62,930 bases of DNA, filler included, from 6 parts of 6 records of this genome joined end to end with filler, not necessarily neighbours in it, one strand, 5' to 3'; numbered from the whole stretch's first letter, positions 41,319 through 51,822 are shown. Translations and numbers: made by a program. Notes: generated by a model not told the origin, from the letters alone.

Positions 41319-42220
41319 TAGAAATACCCTTCTTGTTTTTTCTTTTCCATAGAAGCGGATTGGTCATGGTCAATCGCACGGCCTTGGCGCTCAGATGTTG
41401 TGGTCAAAAGCATTTCTTGAATGATCTCTGGCAATGTCGCCGCTTCGCTTTCAACAGCGCCGGTCAGCGGATAACAGCCAAGCGTGCGGAAACGGACGTT
41501 TTTCATTTGCGGTGTTTCGCCGTCTTTCAGTGGCAGACGGTCATCATCCACCATGATCAACATGCCATCACGCTCGACAACGGGGCGCTCTTTCGAAAAG
41601 TAGAGCGATGGAATTTCGATATTTTCCAAATGTATATATTGCCAGATATCGAGCTCAGTCCAATTTGAAAGCGGGAAGACGCGGATCGATTCATTGGGCG
41701 CTTTGCGCGCATTATAAAGCTTCCATAGTTCTGGGCGTTGATTCTTAGGATCCCAGCGATGGTCGGCGGTTCTAAACGAGAAAATCCGCTCTTTGGCGCG
41801 TGACTTTTCCTCATCGCGGCGCGCACCGCCAAAAGCTGCATCAAATTTATATTTGTCCAATGCCTGCTTAAGCGCCTGCGTTTTCATAATGTCAGTATGA
41901 ACCGATGAGCCGTGACTAAACGGACCAACGCCCTGCTCGATGCCATCTTGATTGGTATGAATGATCAATTCCATGCCAACTTTCTTGGCCATGTAATCGC
42001 GAAACTCGATCATTTCGCCAAATTTCCAAGTTGTATCAACATGCATCATCGGAAATGGCGGCTTTGATGGAAAGAAGGCCTTTGCCGCTAAATGCAACAT
42101 GACGGCGGAATCTTTGCCGACAGAATAAAGCATCACCGGATTTTCAACCTCGGCGGCAACTTCGCGCATGATGTGAATGCTTTCGGCTTCGAGCCGCTGC
42201 AAATGTGTCAGTGTGGTCAT
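41318..42220 (-). CDS. cysD: Sulfate adenylyltransferase subunit 2 (NodP-like)
   Basis: [51 protein letters not shown]. Confidence 0.96.
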   Translation of the reverse strand: MTTLTHLQRLEAESIHIMREVAAEVENPVMLYSVGKDSAVMLHLAAKAFFPSKPPFPMMHVDTTWKFGEMIEFRDYMAKKVGMELIIHTNQDGIEQGVGPFSHGSSVHTDIMKTQALKQALDKYKFDAAFGGARRDEEKSRAKERIFSFRTADHRWDPKNQRPELWKLYNARKAPNESIRVFPLSNWTELDIWQYIHLENIEIPSLYFSKERPVVERDGMLIMVDDDRLPLKDGETPQMKNVRFRTLGCYPLTGAVESEAATLPEIIQEMLLTTTSERQGRAIDHDQSASMEKKKQEGYF

Positions 42221-42261
42221 TGTTTTTCTTTGTTTTGTAAGCGTCAGGAAAAGTTGTTATT

Positions 42262-43035
42262 TCACGCGGCAGGGCACAATTGTGCGGCATCAGGACTACA
42301 AGCAATAAAGTTTGGGTTCCTAAATTCAGGCTTTGCGTAGGTTAAAGGTGTGCGGTCAATGTTAAGAACCTCGCCGCCAGCCGCTTTTAGAACGGCATGA
42401 CCTGCGGCTGTATCCCACTCCATCGTTGGGCCAAAGCGCGGATAAATATCCGCTTCACCGGCCGCTAACACACAAAACTTGAGCGACGATCCGGCCGATA
42501 CGCACTCGATGATTTCATAATCATCCAAAAATGCTTGCGTTTCTGGCGTTCTGTGTGAGCGGCTGGCGATAGCTACAAGACGATCTTTTGAACATGATCG
42601 CACTGATAGGCGTTTTTTGTTGCCACTTTGATCGATCTCGAATGCACCGTTTTCTGAATCACCGATAAACAGCCGGCCCTGCACAGGCGCAAATACAATA
42701 CCCGCAACGGGCTGGCCCTGCTCAATCAAAGCAATATTGATCGTAAACTCGCCCGTCTTATTGATGAATTCCCGCGTGCCATCGATTGGATCAACAAGGA
42801 AAAACGATGCGTCGGGGCTAAGCGCGCTATGCGTATCCGCCTGTTCTTCGGTGACGACCACTATGCCGGGAAATGCCGCTTGTATTGCCGGATAAAGCAG
42901 TCGGTCTACAGCCAAATCAGCTTCTGTCACAGGCGACTGGTCGGCCTTGGTCTCCACAACAAATGGCTTGTCGTAGATATCAAGTGCGACCGCGCCTGCT
43001 TTACGGACAATTGCCGTTAGGGCTTCGAGTTTCAC
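42262..43035 (-). CDS. cysQ: 3'(2'),5'-bisphosphate nucleotidase
   Basis: SPVTEAD, VDPIDGTREF, SRSH, GSSLKFC, YPRFGPTMEWDTAAG. Confidence 0.93.
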   Translation of the reverse strand: MKLEALTAIVRKAGAVALDIYDKPFVVETKADQSPVTEADLAVDRLLYPAIQAAFPGIVVVTEEQADTHSALSPDASFFLVDPIDGTREFINKTGEFTINIALIEQGQPVAGIVFAPVQGRLFIGDSENGAFEIDQSGNKKRLSVRSCSKDRLVAIASRSHRTPETQAFLDDYEIIECVSAGSSLKFCVLAAGEADIYPRFGPTMEWDTAAGHAVLKAAGGEVLNIDRTPLTYAKPEFRNPNFIACSPDAAQLCPAA

Positions 43036-43269
43036 GACATAGGCTCCGATTCATCTGACACGTCAGCACATGTGCTGTTTTATGAATACACCATGTGATG
43101 AATTCAAATAGAAGCAACACCCACATCGAAATCGTTTGAATTACGCAATAATTTACTCACCAAAGCAGACGAAAGAGCATTCCGATTTTTTAGTGATCGA
43201 GAATCAAGGCGAATTACAGCCATCGCTGGCAAGCGCAAAATGTTCCGTAAATCTGATGTCATTTGAAAA

Positions 43270-43344
43270 TGGCTGGGGTGGAAGGATTCGAACCTTCGGT
43301 ACACGCTACCAAAAAGCGTTGCCTTACCACTTGGCTACACCCCA
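43270..43344 (-). tRNA. tRNA-Gln (TTG), CCA encoded
   Basis: TGGGGTGTAGCCAAGTGGTAAGGCA-ACGCT-TTTTGGT-AGCGT-GTACCGAAGGTTCGAATCCTTCCACCCCAGCCA folds as a cloverleaf. Confidence 0.96.
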
Positions 43345-43545
43345 ACTTGGACCTGTGCTTTACATAAACAGTTGTTATAGTTCAACCACGATTTACGTCT
43401 CACCCTAAAAAAGTTTCAGGCTGCCAATCCAATGGCCTGTGCGGCAGGGCCGCAAACTATAGCAATTGACCATATTGGTCTGTATAAATCGATTCTGAGC
43501 ATAGTTTTCTGCAAAAAACATCTGGCAATCGTGTAGGCAAAATCA

Positions 43546-45123
43546 ATGAACGCACAAAATGATATAAAATCCGCGAAAACCACTGGCATGGCTGGGACCG
43601 CAACGAATCGCGGTGAGCAACACTACGGAGAGGCTGCGCCCGAAATTCAGTTCCGTGATTTTTTCTACGCCCTACCTTGGATCATTGTTCCTGGCACGTT
43701 GGCGCTTTTGATTGCGGGCGGCATACTCGCGGCGATCTTTCTCTCGGCCCCAACGATTCAAGTTTTCCGCCAGTCGATCAGCCCCACGATGGAACAAGCC
43801 AACCCTAATGAATATCCGTCAGGCGCACCCTTTGCAGCCAATGATTTGCGCTCCCGACTTGTTCTTGAAGCAGTGTATTCAAACATTGAACTCAAACAAT
43901 TTGATATTTCTTTGGCAGAATTCTTTTCTGCAGTATCGGTGAGACCTTATTCTTCTACCGCAAATGACGTAATTGAGCGCTACAGAAGCCAGTTGGACGA
44001 TAAAAAGCTGACTTTCGCGGAACGCGAAATGATCGAAAAGCAACTTAGAACCGAATTGGCACAGCGTAGCGCCGATGAAATATTAGTGACGTTCACTGCG
44101 CAGCCAGATTGGAAAATACCTGCAGCGATTGGTGAGAAAATCGTAAGTGCCATCCCGCAAAAATGGCAGTCGGTATTTATCGAGCAATATGGCGCGGCGG
44201 GACTTTACGAAGGTTACGCGCGATTTGCACCTTTTAGTGCCGAAGAAATCGGCGCCTTAGATACATTCCAAGGCTATGAAAGCCTACTTAAGGCCAATGC
44301 AAAATTGAATGCGCTCATTGCCTCCGTCCAAGCAACAAACCGGTTCAGTAATGTGCGCGGCGAAGACAACCGAACCCTCGAAGATTACGTGCTCGAACTC
44401 GAAAAAATCAAATCGGATATTCTGGAAGCTAAAATTGTTCCGGCTCTTCGATCTGGCGTCGCTACAGATGTGCCAAACGCAATCTCTTTTATCGAAGCGC
44501 GTGTTGCTGAGCTAAATCTTTCGCTTAAAGAAAACGAAGCTATTATTCGCTCTTTAAAGTCCAATGAGGAAGTTGTTTCGGGACGTACAGATGGGGCCTC
44601 TGGCTTGTCTGGCACCCCGGTTCAAACCAACGGACAATCTGCTGAAGATGCAACAAATACGCTCAATACAATTATAGGCTTGGTCGAAAAATCGAGCTTC
44701 TCAGATTTCCGCCAAGAAACACTCAACAAGTTGCTCGAAGCAGAACGAAAATCGGCTGCTATTAATCGCAGCTTATCGGTGCAGGAAAATTTCATAGCAG
44801 CGCTTAAAAAACAGCAAATAGTCAATGCTTCTTTAGGGGCTCAATCGGCGATCGAGCTTCGCGGCACGATAGAAGATGCAGCGGCACAAATTGCGCAAAT
44901 TTGGCAAAAAACAATTGCGCTAGTGGATATCACTTCTGGCGTAAATGGTTCAAATAATATTCAGTTGTACCATTCAAATTCAACGCCGGATGCCTATCAG
45001 GTGCAGCGATATTTTGGCCGATTTAATTTCCTTTTGATCGCTTTAAGTATTGCCATTGCCGCAGGCGCAACTGGTGCCGCTTTCTATACATACCGCCTTT
45101 GCAGACGGTATAAAATTCTCTGA
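43546..45123 (+). CDS. Wzz/KpsE-like polysaccharide co-polymerase-type membrane protein
   Basis: EIQFRDFF followed by an N-terminal TM, a long periplasmic coiled-coil and a C-terminal TM; no kinase domain. Confidence 0.55.
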   Translation: MNAQNDIKSAKTTGMAGTATNRGEQHYGEAAPEIQFRDFFYALPWIIVPGTLALLIAGGILAAIFLSAPTIQVFRQSISPTMEQANPNEYPSGAPFAANDLRSRLVLEAVYSNIELKQFDISLAEFFSAVSVRPYSSTANDVIERYRSQLDDKKLTFAEREMIEKQLRTELAQRSADEILVTFTAQPDWKIPAAIGEKIVSAIPQKWQSVFIEQYGAAGLYEGYARFAPFSAEEIGALDTFQGYESLLKANAKLNALIASVQATNRFSNVRGEDNRTLEDYVLELEKIKSDILEAKIVPALRSGVATDVPNAISFIEARVAELNLSLKENEAIIRSLKSNEEVVSGRTDGASGLSGTPVQTNGQSAEDATNTLNTIIGLVEKSSFSDFRQETLNKLLEAERKSAAINRSLSVQENFIAALKKQQIVNASLGAQSAIELRGTIEDAAAQIAQIWQKTIALVDITSGVNGSNNIQLYHSNSTPDAYQVQRYFGRFNFLLIALSIAIAAGATGAAFYTYRLCRRYKIL

Positions 45124-45402
45124 TAGACAGGCGTGTTGCTAAAGCTAAGTAGCTCGGCGCGGGATAAAATAGAGACATATTGCATCTAAAGCAAAACTTG
45201 CCGCCTATTTTAATGCAGCGGTTGCATGGTCCTTTTTTCTCATTGTTATCAATCGCTTTTGGCTCGTTGTTGAAAATCTGATTCATATTTGTTTTTCGAA
45301 TCTAGATGCCTTAACCAGCGCAAACTTTATGGCTTTATCCACGTGGCGTTAAATCAAATTACCCTTGCAGGACTTATTTGATTTTATGCAATTGAGGCCG
45401 TG

Positions 45403-46740
45403 ATGGACAAAAGCACTCATTTATCCCTTCCCTATATCGCGCCATCGCAAGCGCAAAAGCACGTCACCCATAATGAAACAATACGCCAGTTGGATGCGCT
45501 CGTTATGCTGTGCGTTGCGACCAGGAACCTATCCACACCGCCTGCGGAACCAGAGGACGGATCGCGCTTCATAATCGGTGCAACACCAGAAGCGGCATGG
45601 GAAAACCATGAAAATGAAATCGCCATATGGGTCGATGGCGCGTGGGAATTCGCAACACCTCAGCTTGGTTGGCTTTGCTGGTGCGCGGCAGATGAAGCCA
45701 TTTTGGTTTATCGTGATCTGAACTGGGAAATCTATGGAACCACACCAAGCCTCTTAGACAATCTGTTGGCGATTGGAATTAACACACACGCAGATGAGGT
45801 AAACCGCCTAACGGTTTCAGCAGATACAAGTTTGTTTACAGCCGAAAGCAGCGATCACCGGCTAATCATCAATAAGCAGAGTTTGAGCGATACGGCGAGT
45901 ATCGTTTTTCAAGATGACTTTTCAGGACGAGCGGAAATAGGAATTACTGGCAACGATAATTTCGCTTTTAAAGTTAGCCCTGATGGCTCGCAGTTTAACG
46001 ATGCAATTATCATCGATAGCAGCTCTGGCGATGTCAATTTTCCGCAGTCAAACTTGCTCAAAAACTATACGCTCAACCTTTACCAAGACAGCGGACGACA
46101 ATGTGCAAGCACTCTCAATTCGATGCAAATAGGCGCATATCAATTTCCAAGCGGCTATTTGGGAATTGTGAATGGTTCCTCCCCTGCCGAGGCTGGCAAA
46201 TTTATACACAACAACGCCACCTATGGCGGCACCGGCGGCGCATTAAATGAAGATACCGATGCTTTGGTCTCCAAAATTAAAGGCTCCGCCTATCGCCGCT
46301 ACGGTGCAGAATATTATTTGACCCAAATAACGCAGGGGGCTGGAACAGCCGATGCTCAGGCAATCGGCCCAAATACCGGTTATCTCAGTCTTGTTAGTAT
46401 TGCCGTGCACAAGCCACCAAGCTGGACATTTCACGCCTATTTTTGCGTCAAATCGCTCTCAATGAAAATTAGGTGGTTTGCTGGGCGAAAAATATTCGTC
46501 GACGGTGTTCAGCAAACATCTGACCTGATCTTGTCACCAACAGATGGCTGGGTTTCTGTGGCTATTCAGGGCACCGATGATCCTTACGCAACCAACGGCT
46601 ATCAGCCCTACATGTTACAAACCTACGCAGAAATTGACGCCGAATATTTATTCGCCTGTCCGGCTTTGATGGCTGGCATCACGAATATCAACCCTAATAG
46701 TGGGCTGGTTGCGGCCTACAACATTTGGCCAGCAGCGTAA
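45403..46740 (+). CDS. DUF2793 domain protein (GTA/phage tail-fibre-like)
   Basis: LSLPYIAPSQAQKHVTHNE..LD, PP..P.DG.RFII...AW, P..GWLCW, GIN..AD..NRL, NK...DTASIVFQ..FSGRAEIG..G...F.FKVSPDG. Confidence 0.85.
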   Translation: MDKSTHLSLPYIAPSQAQKHVTHNETIRQLDALVMLCVATRNLSTPPAEPEDGSRFIIGATPEAAWENHENEIAIWVDGAWEFATPQLGWLCWCAADEAILVYRDLNWEIYGTTPSLLDNLLAIGINTHADEVNRLTVSADTSLFTAESSDHRLIINKQSLSDTASIVFQDDFSGRAEIGITGNDNFAFKVSPDGSQFNDAIIIDSSSGDVNFPQSNLLKNYTLNLYQDSGRQCASTLNSMQIGAYQFPSGYLGIVNGSSPAEAGKFIHNNATYGGTGGALNEDTDALVSKIKGSAYRRYGAEYYLTQITQGAGTADAQAIGPNTGYLSLVSIAVHKPPSWTFHAYFCVKSLSMKIRWFAGRKIFVDGVQQTSDLILSPTDGWVSVAIQGTDDPYATNGYQPYMLQTYAEIDAEYLFACPALMAGITNINPNSGLVAAYNIWPAA

Positions 46741-46775
46741 TTTCGCAGCTCTTTTCAATTTAAAAGGATAGTAAA

Positions 46776-47147
46776 ATGCAAATCAGATTGGTTTCTGGTG
46801 GTCAGGACTTTTGTGTGGTTGAACATGGTCAAGTGTGTGCCATGCTAGGCGGCGATCTCAATGTAGAAATCCACCAAGATGACGCTCTACTTTATGCGCG
46901 CGGCCTCGAGCTTAATCCCATTGACGCGTGGCGCTTTCACGCAGTTATGAATAGGCATGGGTTTAAAGCAGATTTAGAAGCTGTTTTGTCTGCAATGGTA
47001 GAACCTGCCCAATCCAAAGCGCGGGCAAGGCTTGAATATTCCCGCACCTATGATCGTTTTGACCCCTTAGTTGATCAATTGGGTTCTGAGCTTAATCTGA
47101 CAAGTGTTGAGATTGACGACTTGTGGCGCGAGGCTGCCGCGTTATAA
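46776..47147 (+). CDS. Small phage tail-associated hypothetical protein
   Basis: C-terminus LEYSRTYDRFDPLVDQLGSELNLTSVEIDDLWREAAAL resembles small proteins that follow phage tail-fibre genes. Confidence 0.6.
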   Translation: MQIRLVSGGQDFCVVEHGQVCAMLGGDLNVEIHQDDALLYARGLELNPIDAWRFHAVMNRHGFKADLEAVLSAMVEPAQSKARARLEYSRTYDRFDPLVDQLGSELNLTSVEIDDLWREAAAL

Positions 47148-47165
47148 GCAAGGCAGTCAAAAGGA

Positions 47166-48092
47166 ATGGTCACGATGAGCACCGATAAAGATATGTTTTT
47201 GCGCAATTTTGATGCGCAGCACGGCTCGCCGGTACCCGTTGGGCCTAACATCGTGCGTGTTACCTGCACAAATTCTGGCCCGCTGACTTTCGCAGGTACA
47301 AATAGCTATATTGTAGGCACACAGACGCTGGGGATCATCGATCCGGGGCCAATTAATGATGAGCATTATGATGCGCTCATCGCCGCAATTAATGGGCGTG
47401 ATGTCAGCCACATATTTATCACCCACACCCATGTGGACCATTCGCCGCTGGCACGAAGACTAAAAGAGGCAACCGGCGCGAAAATCGTTGGCGCAGCCCC
47501 GCACTTTGCGGCGCGTGCCTTACATCTTGGCGAAATCAACGCGCTTGATGCTTCGGCTGATCACGACCATCAACCCGATGAAATTTTGCGCGATGGCAAC
47601 ACAATCGACAGCGATGAGTGGTCAATCAGCGCCATTGAAACGCCCGGCCATACGGCAAACCATTTGTCCTTTGCGCTTGGTGAGACTGGCACCGTGTTTA
47701 CAGGCGATCATATCATGGCATGGGCAACATCCATCGTCGCCCCGCCAGACGGATCAATGACAGACTATATGGCGTCCTTGACTAAAATACTCGAACGCGA
47801 TGACACGCTCTATCTTCCTGGCCATGGCGGCGAAGTTAAAAATCCTCGGGCCTTTGTGCGCGGGCTTAAAGGCCACCGCAAAATGCGTGAACGCGCCATT
47901 CTTGAACGGGTTAAACTTGGTGATTTAAAGATCGAAAAAATGGTCAAAGAAATCTACCGCGACACCGATCCGCGCCTTCATGGGGCTGCAGGTCTTTCAG
48001 TCTTTGCCCACCTTGAAGATTTGATCGGTCAAGGGCGTGTGACCTGCGAAGGGGAACCTTCTTTGACGACCAGTTATTATGCGGTTGGCTAA
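47166..48092 (+). CDS. MBL-fold metallo-hydrolase (LACTB2-like)
   Basis: GTNSY, THTHVDH, TPGHTANH, FTGDH, PGHG. Confidence 0.9.
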   Translation: MVTMSTDKDMFLRNFDAQHGSPVPVGPNIVRVTCTNSGPLTFAGTNSYIVGTQTLGIIDPGPINDEHYDALIAAINGRDVSHIFITHTHVDHSPLARRLKEATGAKIVGAAPHFAARALHLGEINALDASADHDHQPDEILRDGNTIDSDEWSISAIETPGHTANHLSFALGETGTVFTGDHIMAWATSIVAPPDGSMTDYMASLTKILERDDTLYLPGHGGEVKNPRAFVRGLKGHRKMRERAILERVKLGDLKIEKMVKEIYRDTDPRLHGAAGLSVFAHLEDLIGQGRVTCEGEPSLTTSYYAVG

Positions 48093-48094
48093 AG

Positions 48095-48856
48095 TTAGTT
48101 TTGAACTTGGCCAATGAGATTATAATCAATTTCTGACAGAAAATCCCGAACCAGCCGCGCATTTGCGCCTAGATCATGGGCTACGAACGGCGTTTTGGCG
48201 CGCATATCCAAATAGGATGTTTCACCTTCGTCTTTTATCCGAAAGGTGATTTTTTGCGGCAGGGCTAACACAAGCGATTTATCGGAAAACTCAATTAAGA
48301 AATCTGTATCAGCGCCAACACGTCCGCGCTGCGATACGATATGCCATCCTTTTTCCTCGCCCATTTTTAGGACTTCTTTGTAGACCATATCGACTGAGCT
48401 GTTGTATCGACGGCCTGTAATATCAGTATAGGCATCAACAAGTTCGCCAGCGGCAACTGTGGCTGCATTTGGCCCAAACTTTAAAACTTCTGTACGAAAA
48501 ACGGGTGGCACAACGAGATCTGTTGAAACCTCGACGACTTGGGGACGCGTAGTCCACAATCCTGCACAATAGACATAGGGGCTAAGAACAAGCGCGCATA
48601 AAAACAATGCCCATGAAGCGCGGCGGCCGCCGCGTTTTCCATGCACCCAAAGGCTGCGAAAAGCCAAGAGCACCAAAAATAACGCAAACAGTGCAAATAC
48701 GCCAATAACGGCCAGTAAAACCAAAAAATTGGGCGTATCCAAACGACCAGACAGGTGGGCAAGAATTGAAGCAATTGCCAATATTGGTACAAAAATAGAG
48801 ACCCTAAGCGCCCATATTGCAGATCGTGATGGCAATCGCCGCGGTAGTGGCCGCAT
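48095..48856 (-). CDS. DUF1499 domain membrane protein
   Basis: Three TM helices, then VSTD..PP and LDMRA...HDLGANARL. Confidence 0.8.
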   Translation of the reverse strand: MRPLPRRLPSRSAIWALRVSIFVPILAIASILAHLSGRLDTPNFLVLLAVIGVFALFALFLVLLAFRSLWVHGKRGGRRASWALFLCALVLSPYVYCAGLWTTRPQVVEVSTDLVVPPVFRTEVLKFGPNAATVAAGELVDAYTDITGRRYNSSVDMVYKEVLKMGEEKGWHIVSQRGRVGADTDFLIEFSDKSLVLALPQKITFRIKDEGETSYLDMRAKTPFVAHDLGANARLVRDFLSEIDYNLIGQVQN

Positions 48857-48939
48857 ATTATAACCTCAATTTTTTGCGCTTAACGCGCGCATCACAGATA
48901 CTTTGAACGACTAGGCGCTGTAAAGTGTCGATTAAATCC

Positions 48940-51594
48940 TCAAGCCATTTTAGCTGCAATGGCTGCTTGTGCGGCAGCAAGGCGAGCAACGGGTACACGG
49001 TAAGGCGAACAAGACACATAGGCCAAACCAAGGGACTCACAGAAGGTGATCGAGCGTGGGTCACCGCCGTGCTCACCGGTAATACCCATGATGATGTCGG
49101 GGCTGGCAATACGGCCTCTCTCGGCTGCCAAGCGCATGAGTTCGCCTACGCCCTCCACATCCAAATTGATGAATGGATCAAGGGTAATCACACCTTCACG
49201 CAAATAGGTGGACAGGAATGTCGATGCGTCATCGCGCGAAATGCCAAGCGTCGTCTGCGTCAAATCGTTGGTACCAAAAGTCAAGAAGTCCGCAGATTCT
49301 GCGATCAGCTCGGCGCGTATAGCCGCGCGTGGCAGCTCAATGATGCATCCGACCATATATTCAAATTTGAGATCATGCTCACTCATAACCGCTTGCGCCA
49401 TCGCATCAATGCGCGAGCGCAAATATTTGAGTTCCTGATTATAGGCAACAAGTGGCACGACCACTTCCGGCACGACGAGTTCACCAGTTTCTTTGCCAGC
49501 AATGACCGCAGCCTCAAAAATGGCACGCGTCTGCATTTCAGCGATTTCTGGATAGCAGATCGCCAGCCTTACGCCGCGATTGCCGAGCATCGGATTGGTT
49601 TCGCGTAATTCTTCAGCCCTAAACGCCATCGCTTGTGGATCAATGCCGAGCGCTTTTGCACTTTCCCTTAAACCTTCAGCATCTTTGGGCAAAAAGTCAT
49701 GTAGCGGCGGATCAAATAAGCGGATGGCAACAGGCTGGCCCTGCATCACTTTGAACAATTCAACGAAATCATCGCGGTGGAGCGGCAGCAAACGGCTCAG
49801 AACTTCAATGCGCACATCTTCTGATTTGCTCATAATCATTTCGCGCATCAAATTGGCTTGAATGCCTTCTCCCAGCATATGCTCTGTTCGGCATAGCCCG
49901 ACACCATCGGCGCCAAATTGGCGTGCAACTTTGGCATCCTTTGCCAAGTCCGCATTGGTACGCACTTTCATACGCCGTTCTGCATCGCTCCACTCCATAA
50001 GAGTGGCAAAGTCGCCTGACAATTCACTTTGAACCATAGGCAATGCGCCATTGAGCACCTGCCCTGCACTGCCATCAAGCGTCAGCGTATCGCCCTCCCT
50101 GAGCATGACACCGCCAGCTACGAGCGCTTTGTTGTGCTTATCGATGCGCATGCCGCTAGCACCGGTAATACATGGCTTGCCCATACCGCGTGCAACCACA
50201 GCCGCGTGACTGGTCATACCGCCGCGCGATGTCAAAATACCGACAGCTGCATTCATGCCATGAATATCATCGGGGCTAGTTTCCGGCCGAACAAGAATGA
50301 CCGAGCGGCCCTGCGCGTGGGCGGTCACGGCGTCCGCAGATGAAAATACGATTGTGCCTGATGCTGCGCCTGGTGATGCTGGCAAGCCAGTCGCCAAAAC
50401 TTGCCGCTTTGCTTTGGGATCAATTGCTGGGTGCAGTAATTGGTCTAACGATGACGCATCAACGCGCATCAATGCAGTTTGGCGTGTAATGACATTGGCA
50501 TTGGCCATTTCAATTGCAATGCGAATTGCAGCGCGGGCTGAGCGTTTTCCTGCACGGGTTTGCAGCAGCCAAATCTTACCTTTTTCAACGGTAAATTCGA
50601 TATCCTGCATGTCGCCAAAATGCTGCTCAAGACGATCGGTAAGCTCTACCAGATTGCGATAGGCATCGGGCAATCGTTCTTCCATTGAAGCGCCGGGCTG
50701 ATCTTCAGCAATGCTCAATGGATCGGGCGTTCTAAAACCAGCAACAACATCTTCGCCCTGCGCATCGACCAAAAACTCGCCATAAAGCTTGTTTTCGCCC
50801 GTCGATGGATTGCGAGAAAACGCAACGCCTGTCGCAGAATTTTCGCCAGAGTTTCCAAAAACCATCGCTTGAACGGTGACAGCGGTTGCCCATTCTGATG
50901 GGATATTATGCAGCGCGCGGTAGGTAAGCGCCCTTGGATTGCGCCAGCTTTTGAACACGGCTTCCACAGCACCCCAAAGCTGTAAATTTGGGTCTTGCGG
51001 GAAGTCTTCTTCCATATCCTCGATAATCGCTTGCTTATAAGCAATAACAATCTGTCTTAGATTTTCAGCAGATAATTCATTATCCCGAATGACGCCTGCC
51101 TCATCGCGGTGCTGATCTAAAATGTCCTCGAATATGGAATGATCGACACCGATCACAACCGTCGCATACATTTGAATAAAACGGCGATAGGTATCGAAGG
51201 CAAAACGCTCATTGCCGGTCAGTTCAGCAAGTGCTTCCGTGGTTTCGTCGTTAAGACCAAGGTTGAGTACCGTATCCATCATGCCTGGCATAGAAACGCG
51301 CGCGCCAGAGCGCACGGAAACAAGCAATGGATTGGCTTTGTCGCCAAATTTCTTGCCGCTCATCAATTCGCAATATTTCATCGCTGAATCGACCTGCGCG
51401 CGTAAATCGTTGGGAATTTGCCCAACCTTCAAAACGTGATTGCAGGCGCTGGTTGTGATGGTAAAACCGGGCGGTACGGGCAAACCAATACGGCTCATCT
51501 CAGCCAGATTTGCGCCTTTGCCACCCAGCAAAGCGCTGTCTGCAGCTGATCCCTCAGCCATACCACCGGCGAATGTGTAAACCCATTTTTGCAT
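48940..51594 (-). CDS. ppdK: Pyruvate, phosphate dikinase (divergent C-terminal domain)
   Basis: LGGKGANL, PVPPGF, VSVRSGA, GEDVVAG, GGMTSHAAVVARG (phospho-His), GLCRTEHM, FGTNDLTQ. Confidence 0.92.
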   Translation of the reverse strand: MQKWVYTFAGGMAEGSAADSALLGGKGANLAEMSRIGLPVPPGFTITTSACNHVLKVGQIPNDLRAQVDSAMKYCELMSGKKFGDKANPLLVSVRSGARVSMPGMMDTVLNLGLNDETTEALAELTGNERFAFDTYRRFIQMYATVVIGVDHSIFEDILDQHRDEAGVIRDNELSAENLRQIVIAYKQAIIEDMEEDFPQDPNLQLWGAVEAVFKSWRNPRALTYRALHNIPSEWATAVTVQAMVFGNSGENSATGVAFSRNPSTGENKLYGEFLVDAQGEDVVAGFRTPDPLSIAEDQPGASMEERLPDAYRNLVELTDRLEQHFGDMQDIEFTVEKGKIWLLQTRAGKRSARAAIRIAIEMANANVITRQTALMRVDASSLDQLLHPAIDPKAKRQVLATGLPASPGAASGTIVFSSADAVTAHAQGRSVILVRPETSPDDIHGMNAAVGILTSRGGMTSHAAVVARGMGKPCITGASGMRIDKHNKALVAGGVMLREGDTLTLDGSAGQVLNGALPMVQSELSGDFATLMEWSDAERRMKVRTNADLAKDAKVARQFGADGVGLCRTEHMLGEGIQANLMREMIMSKSEDVRIEVLSRLLPLHRDDFVELFKVMQGQPVAIRLFDPPLHDFLPKDAEGLRESAKALGIDPQAMAFRAEELRETNPMLGNRGVRLAICYPEIAEMQTRAIFEAAVIAGKETGELVVPEVVVPLVAYNQELKYLRSRIDAMAQAVMSEHDLKFEYMVGCIIELPRAAIRAELIAESADFLTFGTNDLTQTTLGISRDDASTFLSTYLREGVITLDPFINLDVEGVGELMRLAAERGRIASPDIIMGITGEHGGDPRSITFCESLGLAYVSCSPYRVPVARLAAAQAAIAAKMA

Positions 51595-51822
51595 TATATC
51601 GGTATTCTAATATCCGCTCAGCCAATGGATGCCTCGCATCCTCCGCGTTGACTATAGGTATCTATCATCGGCGATGCTAGCTCAAATGGCAAATTGCTCT
51701 AGTGGAAATGACGCAGGCCAAACATTGAATGGTATTTTGCACCACCTACATAAGCGAAAGATATTTCCGCGTTCTCGCGCACTCCTCAACAATGCATTGC
51801 CTCCCAACAGAAATGTGATCTC

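Noticed and set aside
45023-45286. Small minus-strand ORF with CxxC-x7-CxxC
   Set aside because: Overlaps the Wzz-like gene by ~100 nt and has no clear RBS; probably chance, though not excluded.
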